From positions 19,157,360-19,221,359 of the forward strand of contig NC_043019.1 in NCBI RefSeq assembly GCF_006345805.1: a stretch of DNA of 64,000 nucleotides, given 5' to 3'. How positions within the stretch are numbered: position 1 is the stretch's first letter; the number at the start of each line of letters is the position of its first letter. This document shows, piece by piece, positions 1 to 12,480 of the stretch. This DNA comes from Octopus sinensis (taxonomy: Eukaryota). The position numbers and the translations under genes are program-made. The notes under the pieces are model-generated. The model made no database searches. It was not told where the DNA came from and was given only the letters and a program-made list of their open reading frames with translations.

Positions 1-109
1 GATGTGGACCGGAAAGATGCCTCGATTGGCAATATTGGTTCTCCGTAATTGGCAGAAAACAACTTCATAGCATGAGTCGATATCTGCATGTCTCTAAATT
101 CTCATGAAT

Positions 110-470
110 ATATATATCACCAGTTTTGCACTGGTGACGAAAAGTGGGTCTTTTACAAGAATGTTGAGTGATGTAGACAAGAGTTTAATAAAAGCATACT
201 GGCTAAATCACAACCCCAAAGTGACCATCATCCAAGAAAAGTGTTTAGTGTGACTACGTTGCTACAAGCTAATGAAACAATTTTAGCAGACAGAATATTT
301 AAACATTGCTTTGAAGAAAAGAGGCCTATTTTAGTGAAATGCAATGGAGAAATGTTCTGCCCTGATAAGCTACAGTACCATACAAAAATGATCTGAAAAG
401 ATTGGAAAACCTTTGCTGGGAAAATATTGCACAGCCTGCTTATTCGGTTAATCTTGTTCTGCCTATTCTT
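110..470 (+). mobile_element. Degenerate mariner transposase fragment
   Basis: 130-162 translates TGDEKWVFYKN (mariner TGDEKW motif). Downstream are HPRKV and a degenerate WENIAQPAYS (cf. WEVLPHPPYSPDL), with many stops and frameshifts. Confidence 0.75.
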
Positions 471-600
471 AAGATTCTTTTGATGGATAAGTTTTTAATA
501 TATGTGAACAAGTGAAAACTACCCTCTCTAGAAGTTTATAAATCATTGGAAGGAAGTCCCATCAGAGTTTCATTTTTAGTTGTTCATCTTGGATTTTAAA

Positions 601-921
601 GACTCCGCCGGTTACGACGACGAGGGTCCCAGCTGATACGATCAACGGAACAGCTTGCTCGTGAAATTAACGTGCAAATGGCTGAGCATTCCACAGACAC
701 GTGTACCCTTAACGTAGTTCTCGGGGATAATCAGCGTGACACAGTGAGTGACAAGGCTGACCCTTTGAAATACAAGTACAACTCATTTTTGCCAGCTGAG
801 TGGACTGGAGCAACGTGAAATAAAGTGTCTTGCTCAAGGACACAACGCGTCGCCGGGAATCGAACTCACAACCTTACGATCATGAGCCGAATGCCCTAAC
901 CACTAAGCCACGCGCCCTCAC
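601..921 (-). mobile_element. tRNA-derived SINE (CORE-like), near full length
   Basis: Minus strand begins gtgagggcgcgtggcttagtggttagggc...gttcgattccc (A/B boxes), then gtgtccttgagcaagacact. Related copies lie at ~16770-16890 (-) and in 42870-43040/43215-43385 (+). Confidence 0.85.
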
Positions 922-1319
922 TCATCTTGGATACAGTCACACTAATTAAGCTAATGAAATTCATAATATCGGGACCTATTGTGAAGATGATACAGAAATT
1001 TTGCAATGGCTACAAATAATTCTGGAAGCTCAAGCTTAAACCTGTAATTTTGCCAACCCTCACCACCACCACCACCTACACATTCCCTCCACTGTCTCAC
1101 ACCTCGTTCATATGGACACCACTTCAACAACTAGTTATAATCAAACAGTACTTCCTCCCACATTAGTTTTAATTTCTTATATTTTGGCATCCAAAATCAT
1201 CAGACTTTTGCCAACGTAGAATATCACTACTTGCCTTGGATTGTACAGTGTTACTGTGGTATGGATTCCTAGACCAACAGAGTTAAATTTAACTACTAAT
1301 ATGTAAGGTACTTTACTCT

Positions 1320-2040
1320 TATTCAAGATGGAAAGAGACCATCAAGTGAAACTGAAAGCATTGGTGTGGAAAAGAGTAGGAAAAAAGTGATTCTGTTTAA
1401 TATTTGGCAAAGGCTTCAAGCAACATCACAAAACCATTAAAACTTGCAATGTCTGTGGATAGAACGATACATGGAACAACGCATAAGAATAAAGATAAAA
1501 TTAGACCAAATAATCAAGTAACTCCAATGGTAAACCTTTGAACATTATTTTGTCATAGATCTAAAGTGATGCTTATTATGGAATGACTCCAGATGCAATG
1601 TACTAATAAACACAAGTGAAAGCTAAAAGTTTTTATGGTGCTGGATTGTTTTTGTTTTGTTTTTTTTCAGCAAGGGAGATTGTGGATATGGGCAATTTTT
1701 TATGTAAACCTTACTAGTAAAGGCTGATTTGAATTATTTAAGAAGTGCTTTAATTTGCTTGAAATCAAAATGACCAATGGAATTTCTGAGGCTGATACAG
1801 ATGTTGTTACTAAATATTGTGAGGGGCTGAAGGAGTTTATACACAAAAATATTTTGGAAATGATAACTACTAGGATTTTTATTCCATGTAGAAAGAGCAG
1901 TAGCAGACTTTAAAGTTACCAAAAGTCATCTGGTGCATCTAGAATTCATTGCTGGTCATGTGTAATTGAAGCCCCTACTTATATACCTGCTCAAATTCAA
2001 GGGCTTTGCTTAGTTTAATCTACCTGTGATTTGGCTTTCA
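1320..2040 (+). mobile_element. Tigger/pogo transposase remnant
   Basis: 1905-2000 translates ADFKVTKSHLVHLEFIAGHV*LKPLLIY, matching Tigger PGFKASKDRLTLLLGANAAGDFKLKPLLIY. An N-terminal KRPSSETESIGVEKSRKKVI and a KNKDKI segment lie upstream. Confidence 0.65.
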
Positions 2041-2102
2041 ACAAGAAGTCTTGATACCTATGAACCTTTCAGAAAATCGGTTTGCAAATCAATTTTCTCC
2101 CT

Positions 2103-2140
<38 letters not shown>

Positions 2141-2779
2141 TATAGGTACAGTGCCCAGCATAACATTTCCAATAAAGAATTGTTCCCTTTGAGGCAAATG
2201 CACCAAAGCACTCAGTGAACTTAACCTGTTTGGATGCTCCAGTCAATAGATCAAGGTGTGATAGCTAACTTCAAGGTACATCATATGAGAAGTTTGAAAC
2301 AATTTATAACAATAACTGACGAGTATACGCGTACTGTTAGAGATTTCTGGAAAAGGTCCAAATTATAGATGCGGTGCCTAATATAGACAAGTCATGAGAT
2401 GAAGTGACATCCTCAGATGTGAATGCTGACAAAACATCAGCAGACAGCACAGATGACTTCACAGGTTCTTTGTCTACAGAAAGTCTACTAGTTCAGCAAG
2501 ATATTGTGACACTGGAAAATAAAGTAGGATTTGAATCCTGTTTCCACTGCTTTCTCAACCAAACACTTTTATTCCTCTCTCAGATGCTGTGTTTAGTAAG
2601 TTTTCTTTGCTCTGCTTTACTTTTCATTTATGGGACACTTGCGACATCTTATATTGACCTGGAAGTTTGCTTTCTGTCAAACATGACAAGACTCACTAAA
2701 AAAACTCCCTGCCATTTTCTCTTGGTGCTTTTTATAAGGAATATAAATCACACTTTCCTGCCCTGCTTCTTTCCTCAAA

Positions 2780-3240
2780 ATCATACAATATGTAGGAAAG
2801 GAGTTGGAAGAAATTCCATTCGTTGCACCCAGTGTAAAAACTATGGACATATAAGAGGTGCAGTGGAATCACAGGTAGATTAACAGGTAAAGTTGTCTTT
2901 GTATGTGCCAGGTGTGCAGGAACAATAAGCACTAAGAGCACATGGGACTTAGATTCTCTCAAATTCCCAGGAGGATGATCTCTTGGAGTTGTAGATAGTT
3001 TCTGTTACCTAGGTGACCAGATTAGAAATGGTGGGGGATGCTCTGAAAGTATTGTCTCTAGAATAAGAATAGGATGGAGGAAGTTCAGAGCTATTATCTC
3101 CATTGGCAACAAAAGGACTCTCTTTCAGAGTGAAAGGTAGACTACATGATGCTTGTGTGTGAATGGCTGTACTCCAGGGTAGTGAGACATGGGCTCTGAA
3201 TGCAGAAGACATGCATTCCTCACAGACTCTACCACAACAA
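2780..3240 (+). mobile_element. RTE-clade LINE fragment (PHD-in-RT family)
   Basis: Translates ICRKGVGRNSIRCTQCK...RCSGITGRLTGKVVFVCARCAG, then VDSFCYLGDQI and GSETWAL (RTE RT C-terminal motifs). Frameshifted. Confidence 0.85.
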
Positions 3241-3799
3241 ACCAAACTACATCTCTTCTCATCATAACATTTCCTCCTTCATGCACTGTGCCTACCTCCC
3301 ACTCCCCAATCCTGTCCTCACAGCCCTCTTTCTCTGTATCATTGATATCCAGTAGCCCTTCCCTCCGGGTTTTCACCTCTCATTTCCTTGGCAATATCCT
3401 GCCACTTATATTATGACCTTCAAACCTCAAGCATATGCCCTGGCACTTGCCACCATCTCTCTCTCTCTCTCTTCCTTTACTCAACCATCCCATTTTTATT
3501 CTGATCCCCAACCCTTCTGAGTATGCCCAGCACTTTACCACCATCTCTATCCTGCTGTCTCCCACTCTCTCTCTCCTTCTCCTGCACTTCCCTCACATTG
3601 AGTAACCATGTATTTCCTTTGTGGCTGCACACCTGTTTCCTTCTTCATTCCTGATCTCTCTCTCACTCTGGTCAGGTAACCTTGTACCTCTTCTACAGCA
3701 AGACACCTGTTTCTTAGTCCTTGTCTCACAATAACTTTCTTCATCCGACACAAGATCACCCCCTCCCCTCTCAAAAGGCTTTTGTCTTGAAAGTTACTT

Positions 3800-4095
3800 G
3801 CTGACCCTGTCAGTGCTGATGCCACATAAAAAGCATTCAGTCCACAGCTGGATGCCTAGTGTTCAGAAGGGCATCCAGCTGTAAAAACCTTACCAAAACT
3901 GACCTTGCTTGTGCTTATGCCACATAAAAAGCACTAAGTGCACTCTGCTGGGTTTTGGGGGTTAAAGAAGGGCATCCAGCTGTAAAAAATCCATGTGAAA
4001 ACACAGAAGTCTGGTGCTGGCCTCTGCCTGGCCAACTCCTGTCAAACCATCCCACCCATGCCAGCATGGAAGGCAGGCATTAAACGATGATGATG
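3800..4095 (+). mobile_element. RTE 3'UTR-derived repeat with (GAT)n tail
   Basis: gccacataaaaagca...aagggcatccagctgtaaaa...cccatgccagcatgg...ttaaacgatgatgatg. The same sequence ends the LINE at 44340-44845. Further copies: ~6085-6225(-), 20150-20780(-), 23230-23460(+), 35900-36130(+), 47760-48230(-), 49380-49920(-). Confidence 0.8.
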
Positions 4096-4199
4096 AATTT
4101 ACATCAATTAGTTTTACCAAAATATATAAACGTCAACTTGGTATGTTGGAAACTTTTTTGTGATTGCCGACTGAGCTCTGATTTGATCTTAATCTTCAA

Positions 4200-4720
4200 A
4201 AGAGCATTTCGTGTCATCTGAGGATCCATGGCACATTGCAGATGGCACATTCGGTGTTACTCCCAGCCTCTTTTCTCAAATTTATATGATTCTGGTTAAA
4301 AAGCATAATGGGGTTCATCCTTTAGTGTTTGTTCTTTTGCTGAACAAACAACACAATATGAAAACGTTTGAGTTGATAAGAAAAGCTCAGTTTTGAGACC
4401 CTCTTCAATTGTGTCCCTTTCAACAAGCTGCCCAGAATGCTGTGGCAATCATTTTCTTCTGTGCATATAAAAGGAAGTGGTTTTTTTTTTTTCCATTTAG
4501 CACAAAATCTCCAAAACACATTAGCTAGATTGGGTCTCACTTATCTACAGAACACTGATCCAGATGTTATGTTGAAATCAGAAATGGTTATTTCTCTTAC
4601 CTTTGTGTCTGATTTTTTTGCAACAGAGCTACTTCAAGAACTTAGCCCCTTTTTGATTACAATATGAACTTAAAATGCAATGTCCAATGATATGGAAATT
4701 AATAGACGGGCTGTGTAAAA
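4200..4720 (+). mobile_element. MULE (Mutator-like) transposase remnant
   Basis: ORF 4211-4396 has WHIADGTFGVTPSLFSQIYMI...HPLVFVLLLNK, the MULE W-x-x-DGTF...P..F.Q.Y...PLV..LL..K motif. Confidence 0.75.
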
Positions 4721-5359
4721 TACAGAAAGGGAGAACGTTTATTATTTGGATACAAACCACTTTCTCAACTTAAAAAAGTCTTGAGCTGTTGACAAAAAGA
4801 ATATCTGAAACTCTAACAAATTTTGAAAACATGGATACTGTCACTATTGGTGTATTGTTCATAGATACCAAAAGAAGAATTGAATAAAGTTACCTTTGCA
4901 AAAAAATAGCAGAGTCATATCTTTTTTTTTATTAATAGTAATCTTTCGCTGCACATTTTAATTATTCCAGTTGATTATATATTTTTTTCCAGCTTCTCTC
5001 TCTCTCTCTCTCACACAAACATAAAGATACTTCTATTTCTGTCTGTTTGTCTCCAGTGTCAAAAAGTTCTGGTGCCTAAAAAGCCATCACCGAGACAGGC
5101 TCAATATCCAACCACCGATGCCAAATTGTTAGCATCCCAACAACTGCATCCATTCACTTCATTTGTATGTACATATATACAAACACACATATATACATAT
5201 GTGCCTTAATCAGCACGAAATGGACCAGTTCTATGTCAAAACCAGTAATATACTGGTCAATGAGATATAAAAATATAATCACTCTATTTCTCACATTGTG
5301 CATTTTTTTTCCAGACTTATGGACAACTGATAATTGCATTCGTACATAGATTAAAAAAA

Positions 5360-5730
5360 AAAAACTATCCTGGACTAAATATAGAGAACCTCCCCTGTTA
5401 TTGAATACATATACAAATATCAACACAAGGAAAAGTATGTGCCATCCTAGAAGTCAGCTGCTTGGCTGATGTGAATATCTCTTGGAAAATGAATGAGAAA
5501 GAGGAGAACTGCTTTGAAACTACCAGCTTCCATATCCGGATGATAAATTCACATTTGTACCAATAATGATTGGTGCCCTTGGTTTACTGAGGAAATGCCT
5601 AAGTAACAATCTAGATAAAGTAGGGTTTTCAGAAAAAGAAATCAACCAACCAACTTACAAATTACAAATGCAATCTGTAAGTGGAACAGTGAAAATGTGC
5701 AAGACTCTTGTCAAGTTTAAAATGTGTTTT
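5360..5730 (+). mobile_element. 3' fragment of a restriction-endonuclease-like (R4/Dong-type) LINE
   Basis: CAILEVSCLADVNI...FTFVPIMIGALGLL...LQMQSVSGTVKMCKT matches the RLE C-terminus (xEVSCPxDxN; VPIxIGALG; GTxxIxK). Confidence 0.7.
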
Positions 5731-6239
5731 TGTTATCTACATTCCAATGATGGAGCTTTGTATCTTTTGTTAGAAAGCAGCTCCTTCTTCAGAGGAAGAT
5801 CTCAAATTTATTAAAAACAGAAGAGAACCAACATACGTGTGTGTGTACTTGTTTCTTAATATTTTAATTTAGAGTTGATTTCAACCAGCTTCCTACTTGG
5901 TGGCAAAGAAAGTACCTTGTTTTGTTCATTAGCCTTTAAATTGAGATCTTGCAAATCTTTATAGGCCCCGATATCACAATCATTTGTAGTGTATGAATTA
6001 AGGATTTGATTGCTCTCCTCAGGAACCCAAGTTCAGCCATGCTTTATACCAGACAGGTTGGTATGTATCCTGTTGCTCCAATAATAACAGGTCATCATCA
6101 TCATCATCATTTAATATCTGTTTTCTATGCTGGTATGTATTGAACAGTTTGACAGGAGCTGGCCAGGCTCCATGTATGTTTTGGCATGGTCTCTGTAGCT
6201 GGATGCCCTTCCTAATGCCAAGTATAAAGCTGAAAGTGT

Positions 6240-7120
6240 GTCTTGGGTTCTGGACTTGCAAATTCCATATCAACAACCCATAGATGTCGCCTCTTTCTCT
6301 TGTATTTTTCTCATCACATTGGTGTCCAGAGGGCAGCTGATTTCCAAACAGAACATGTCTTTTCCTTGTGGTCCTACACAACAATATTTGGCTGCTGTTT
6401 TAATTTTTAAGTTCCGCCAATATTCTTGGCACCAATTGGTCTCAATATAGTTTGCTTCATCTGTTGGTGTTTTCTTTATGTCATTCTGTTCCACACTGTT
6501 CTGGACGCCACCTCTTGCCTCGTGGCAAACCATCATCTGGAAGGCATTTCCTCACAGCTGGTCCTTCATGTGGTTGACGTCTTCAGTCTTGCTCTTGCAC
6601 AGTCTACATGTTTGTCAAAGTTTTCTGCCTGTGGGGGGGGGGGATCTCTTGTTCTTGGATTGCATGGAGGTAGCCATCAAAGTAGGACATCATAAATTTG
6701 TCAGCACTTTGGGCAAGCTTTTGATATGATCAATTTCTTCTGTTTGCGTTTTTCACACCAAGTACCTATGTATTGTTTTCTCAGTGAACTGGTTCATTTT
6801 TTTGATATTTTCTTCTTTTGATAAATAGAATTTACCAATGCTTCTTGGGGAAGAGATCTGTATCATTATTTCATGCCTCTCCTCCAGTTCATTAGCTATC
6901 CTAATTACATTGTTGGTCTCATGGTCACAAACTTAGCCAACATAGATACTGGTCTCTTTCCTTAGCTGCAAACATTGCTTCAGTGTCACAAAACGTGCTT
7001 CATATGACATCAAGACAGATTTGAGACCATGATCACCATCCTTGCGTGGGAAGTAAAGCCAGTCTATATCTTCATTGAAGTTGAGATTTCCTGTAATACT
7101 GACCAGCTTCTGAGTTCAAA
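6240..7120 (-). mobile_element. R4/Dong-type LINE remnant
   Basis: Minus strand reads DIDWLYFPRKDGDHGLKS (cf. DRLYLPRKxGGRGL), a CRLCK...E...H knuckle remnant, and CLEISCPLDTNV..K..EK. Confidence 0.75.
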
Positions 7121-8050
7121 CATCTATCTCATAGTGACCGGTTCAGAAGGCTTTGGCAGGCATGAGGATAGTGACTGCTTGTTGTCAGCTGAGAGTTCAG
7201 ATGACCATTTTTTTTCATCCTCTTGATGTACTTATTCCTTGTCCTCTGTATCTGTGTGTGTGAGTGCAGAAAAGGTAAAACGACGAGCTTCTTAGATGAG
7301 TCCATTAGAAAGGTTCTCAACAATATGAGACAATAGGCTAAGGTCATTGAGAGAACTTGGTAACCAGAAAACAAATAAATTTTTTACAAAATGAAAATGA
7401 AAGAGGTGAGGCTGAAACCCGTGAAGACAGGACGATACGCAAATCGCCTGACCAGCTGGCTTTAGGATGACTGGCCAAATAAAGTTGTGTAAGGGAAAGA
7501 CGGGCATGATAGGATGGTCTACGACCGCTGACTTCTATAGGCATGATACATGAAAATCTATCTACGCAGAGAGAGAGAGAGAGACGGCGATGTAATTAAG
7601 CAAAACAAAGCGCAATGTGCATCAAAAGCCATTTACTAAATTTGTCATTTAATTTCATGGATGAAATTGAAACTTTTATAATGAACTGGGAATTTTTTTG
7701 TTTCGGCTGAAGACATTGCTTCCGTTGGTTGGCCAGACAGTCCGTTCTTAGACTATTTGGAGACAGTATTGATTTTTTTAGAGATGTCGCTTCTCTCTAC
7801 CTTGTCGAATATCGGATGAAGGACAAAAAGTCATGAAGCAGCTAAAATCGACAAATATATGCAAAATATTCAGGAACTGCGCATTTTCTTTCCTGTCATA
7901 AACTATAAATCTCGCTTTCCTACAGTTTTTTTTTATCAGCATCAGAATTATTAAATAAATAATCCAAACAAGTTATATAAACCTGAGCATTTCCCGCCCC
8001 CACTTCGACCGTTAAATGAAAGCGTTTATCTCTTGCGAATTCTTACTTAC

Positions 8051-8130
8051 CTCCCTTGAACCATCGCCCCCCCCCCCGGCCCGCTTTGCGCTCTTACTCT
8101 TTTCCTGTCTCAATCTCCCTTCACCTTTCT
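8051..8130 (-). other. Candidate first exon of a divergent minus-strand gene (possible start MVQG-)
   Basis: Minus strand gcgATGgttcaagggAG|GTAAGTaag gives a consensus donor at 8050-8045 and an ATG at 8064-8062 in a GC-rich patch. No compatible downstream coding exon was found in the window. Confidence 0.35.
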
Positions 8131-9350
8131 GCATATCTCTCTCTCTCTCTCTCTCTCTTTATCTATCTATCGTGTATATATATATGTATGTGTATATATA
8201 TATACACACATACATACATATATATATATATATACATACAAACATATATATATATGTTGCCCTTAACAACAAAAACATCATATACGCGTATTAAGAAAAA
8301 AAAACAAATAAGAAAAAAAAAACAAATACACGTAAAACAAATAAAAAACCATGATTCAATAAATAAATTTAAATAAAACGTTTGTCATTTTACGTTCAAA
8401 TTACGTAAATATCAGACCCGCTTTTTATACTTTCCCTTCTTCCCATTTTTGTGGACAAGATTATTTATATTTATTAATAATATTAATTTAGATATTTATA
8501 ACTGAATTACACCATCAGTTGATAAACTTGGGAAAACATTTTAAAAAAATTGAAAAAAAAATCTTTAGGAATATCTCGAAAAAAATAGTCTTGTGGGGGA
8601 AAATAACAATTTGAAACTTTCGGTAAGTTAAATTCTTGAAAGCTTGAATATTTTTCGTATCCTTCAACATATTATCATTACAACGATCATAATTATTGAC
8701 AAATATTGTAACAATTAGCAAACTTTCCGTAGAGTTTTTATAAAGATATTTTTGCTTTTTTTTTTTTTATTTCTAGTCTTGATTTAAAAATTATTTTCGC
8801 TTCCTAATCTTTCATCTCTGAGAAGTGAGGACGCATGAAAGAGGGCTATTATCGTTTAACCCCACATAAATTACTCTATGCACAAAGACATTGTATCTGT
8901 GACCATTCCATCCGTTTGTTCAAATAGTTATCTAATGTCTTCCTTTTTTTTTTTTAGAATCCAGGTAGAAAAGTCACAAGAGTTTTGTCCGGGTGAGGGG
9001 GGAGGGGCTCCGAGCGGGTTCTGTCCGGTGGGGTTTGTCCGGGGTGGGGTCCAAAGGTGGGGGGGGGGTTGTCCGGATCTCATAAATTTGTTGTGATTTT
9101 ATTACCGGTCACCACAAATTAATTGTGACTTTTTTTACCAGCCAAAAATTGTGACTTTATTACTGTGACTTTTTTCCCATTGCTTTTATTATCGGTCACC
9201 TTTTTTCTTAGTAAACGAATGCTAGCAATTTAGATTTAAAAGATACAATAATTTCAGTTTTCATTTCATTTGCTTATTTCTAAAAAAAAATCAGATTTAG
9301 TTAATGACTAAAAATAAAATTGTGACTTTAAAAACGAATTTACTAAACTA

Positions 9351-10210
9351 TGACGTCATACGTCCCATTTTCTGGTAATTTTTCTCTTCTTGTACCGGAA
9401 GTGCTATATTTAACCCTGAATATAAAACGGGACACTTTTTATTGTTTAGGATGGACATTTGGAAAAAAATCGCTAACATTGAATACATTATTTGAGTATC
9501 TAAACAAAAAGTCCACGTTTTACTATCATTTGGAAGGATTATGCAGAACTTTAATGAATGTAAAAATAAAAAAATTTGGAGACTTTTTCATAAAAATCCT
9601 TTACTCTTTATCTGCCATGTTATACAATATCGTATTTATTTAATTCGCTGTCATCATGCTTAGATTCTTGGTGGCGTAAAATCCTCAATAACAACCGCAA
9701 GTTTTCAAATATTAGGAGTGCAAGGGTTAAAAAAAACAACTTTTCATGAAACTGTTTCACGAATATATTTTTTAAAAATGCAAAAGTTTTTTGTGTTATA
9801 AACTTTTGCATGTTTAAGCCATGGTTTTTTTTAAAAATATATTTTTGTTTTCGCTTCTCCAACCCGTAAATCTTTTGCAAGTTTTCTCCTATTTTTGCTG
9901 TCTTCACGGTTTTCCGTCTCAAAGACAAAATAAAACACCAACACGCTTGCCATCTTTAACTCGCTCTTTTACATGTGTGAGAGTTTGGTGACCTTTATGT
10001 TACACTAAACGAAAATAAAAATTAAACAAAACCTTGAAAGGTGACGCTGAACAGTTTACGCCTCGGAAAAAGACACATCAACCAAAATGGCGGAACTTTG
10101 TCAGATTTTATTCTTTCACAGATCACAAATACTTACGGCACTGCTCGTGGCGTAGCTAATAAAGCAACGACTGTTCCTGCCAAGTACATTTTTCAAAATT
10201 GGCGCCTTTT
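9351..10210. promoter_or_regulatory. CpG-enriched promoter-like zone with CRE, ETS and YY1-type motifs
   Basis: TGACGTCA at 9351-9358, ACCGGAAGTG at 9394-9403, CAAAATGGCGG at 10083-10093. CpG is visibly denser than in the rest of the window, and the zone lies upstream of the acceptor-bearing exon at 15125. Confidence 0.4.
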
Positions 10211-10809
10211 ATAGAATGTATAATCGATGAGTTAATCGTTTGCTATGTGCTCGCTCCCCCTTTAGAACCTGTTTGATGCCTATGGGCACAACAACATGGC
10301 TTCTTGAGCAAACTGGGGAACTCCATATATATTGCTCGATCTATCAAAGGTAGCCGCTAAATATCCTTCATAGCATACCCTACACTCTTTCGGTTTTTTC
10401 CATTTGATATATTTCTTCCCATTTCCTTGAAAATCTCTACACAGATGGAGTTTTTCTTGCCAATTACGAAAATCACAATTCTTTGGAGAAATTAAACAAA
10501 GTTATGAACCTTTAAAGCTTTAAAGTAAACAAACTTACGAAAACTTCGGCAGAGGTAAAGAATACGCGCACCATCCGTTTTCGGCGTAACAAAAATTCTA
10601 ACCCTAAACACTGGGTGTGCATATTCTTTACCGTCTCCAAAATTTCAATTATATTTATGTTCTGTGAAAGTTTTATTACATATATAACACATGTATGTAC
10701 GGTACAAATATAATACAAAAGAAAGACAAAGAAAAAAAAGGGCGAAAACAAAGAAAAGAAAAAAAACATCACTGCAGCACCAAATTCTTCAATTGGTCGC
10801 CCACCACAA

Positions 10810-11180
10810 GGTTGACTGAAACATAGTGAAGCAAGCCAGCACACTCACAGCATTATCACAGACGATAGTGAGGCTAAAGCACTGGAAAAGTCAAGCCCCA
10901 TCACAGGCATGGCCTGGAGCTGTCACCACTGACAAGAATTCTGCTGTTAGTGGTGCAGTCCCTGCAACTGTTTCAAATGCCACCGGGTGGAAGAGATTGT
11001 TCAGAGTTTTATTCCGTTCAGCTACTGAAGCGGAGCAAAAGAGTCACAGACTGTGACATCCCAGATGAGGCACCGACCTCTAACCCAGGCACAGAAGGTA
11101 AACCCATCCTGTCTCTTTCCATTGCTTCTGGTTAATCCCGCTGGCTTTAGAACTGAGGGGACATCTCAGCCAGGGCTATA
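10810..11180 (-). mobile_element. CRE-clade-like LINE, 3' RLE fragment
   Basis: Minus strand reads DVPSVLKPAGLTRSNGKRQDGFTFCAWVRGRCLIWDVTVCDSFA, then PVAFETV...AEFL, then FQCFSLTIVCDNAVSVL. These match GKRPDG..PW..G..L.WDVT..D / FVPVA.ET / FQRISVAIQRGNA. Confidence 0.75.
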
Positions 11181-11672
11181 TTTTCTCTCATTAAATATTT
11201 TTTCACTTTTAAAGGTTTTATAATTTTTTTTATCAATTCTTTTGAAAAAATCTAAAACAAAAATGACGCCTTCCAAGTCATCATGGGATTTTGAGAGATT
11301 CAAAAGCTTATTAAATTCTTCAAGAAATGATTGCAATTTTTGTAATTGGTATGAAAAGGTTCAACTGCCGAGAATTTTTCCAAAAATTGAAAGGTGTGTG
11401 AAACGAAAACAAAATAATCTCACATAGGATGATGATGATGATGTTGAAATACTAAATGTCTGAAGGAGAAGATGAAAAATAAAGAGAGACTGCTTTTGGT
11501 AACAGGTCTACTCAACCACTTCATGGCTATGGATGCTGCTACTACTATTACTACTACTACTATTACTACTACTACTGGAGCTCGTAAAGAGAAAGATTTC
11601 AGAGAAATCCATATAAAACTGGAGAACTTTAGGTCATTTTGGTGTTCAAACACAACATACAAATATATTTAA

Positions 11673-11892
11673 CCCTTTCGTTACCAATCCGGCTGAAACC
11701 AGCTCTGGCTCTGAGTACAAATGTCTTCTTTTCATAAATTTTGAATTAAAATCTTCCACCAAACATTAGTCACAATTTATGTTCCTAACACTAGCTGAAT
11801 GATAACTAAGTAATTTTACTAAATTCTTTGTTATATCTAAAATAATTGAAAGAAACACAGAGCATCTCAAAATAAATCCAGTAATGAAAGGG
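11673..11892. mobile_element. piggyBac-type MITE (220 bp)
   Basis: TTAA|CCCTTTCGTTAC ... GTAATGAAAGGG|TTAA: 12-bp TIRs with 1 mismatch and a TTAA target site on both sides. Confidence 0.9.
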
Positions 11893-12139
11893 TTAAATAC
11901 GCTAACAGATCTGTGACAATGCACTCATGAAAATGTCATTCATTGAAATTTGCTTGATGAGCTTTAAGCAGCAGCAGCTGATTATTTGCATCCTGAAAAT
12001 TTAACATTTATCACAACCATCAGTCCGAGTTTTGTCCATGAAGATAAAGTTAACAGCAACGGAGAACAAGAGAAAGAAAGGAGAGGGAATACAAGACAAG
12101 ATTAACGTTGTTAAGGATCCGTTCAGACTATTGCAGATG

Positions 12140-12480
12140 AACACCAGCATGAACAGAGAGATGTTCTGGGAATGATGGTTAGTGTAGGGGAAGAGTGAGA
12201 AGGGGTGGAATGATGAACGGGTCAGGGGTGCCTGAGTGGTGGAATAAGAGACTGGTCTGTTCTAAGAAGCAGGGACCATTGTAGTAGTGATAGAAAAGGA
12301 GAGGAGACAGCATGCTCGTTGGTCAGAGGCTGAAAGAAGTGTGTCATTAATGATGGGAAGCCAATCAGCCAAGTGGCCCTTATCTCAATGCGGTCACGAC
12401 GCTAGTGTGTGCAGCTGTGACACTTGTCCCAGATGTGGGCCCAGTGCTCCATTGTGGGTTTCACTAGAGCTTTGTAGAAT
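12140..12480 (-). mobile_element. CR1-group LINE C-terminal fragment
   Basis: Minus strand LVKPTMEHWAHIW...DRIEIRATWLIG...FQPL resembles the CR1 C-terminus VRP.MEYCSHIW...DRIQ.RA.RLIG...LQPL. Confidence 0.65.

Noticed and set aside
850-921. tRNA-like sequences here and at other SINE heads (20950-21027, 61690-61770, 62103-62180, 63250-63324)
   Set aside because: They are SINE 5' heads continuous with SINE bodies; no complete cloverleaf could be supported.
2404-2883. 159-aa ORF
   Set aside because: The 3' end runs into an RTE fragment and the rest has no recognisable motif or splice support.
7140-7235. Candidate second exon of the minus-strand gene (good acceptor near 7250)
   Set aside because: Joined to MVQG-AG it hits TGA after ~11 codons, and the donor is weak. 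It may be UTR but is unsupported.
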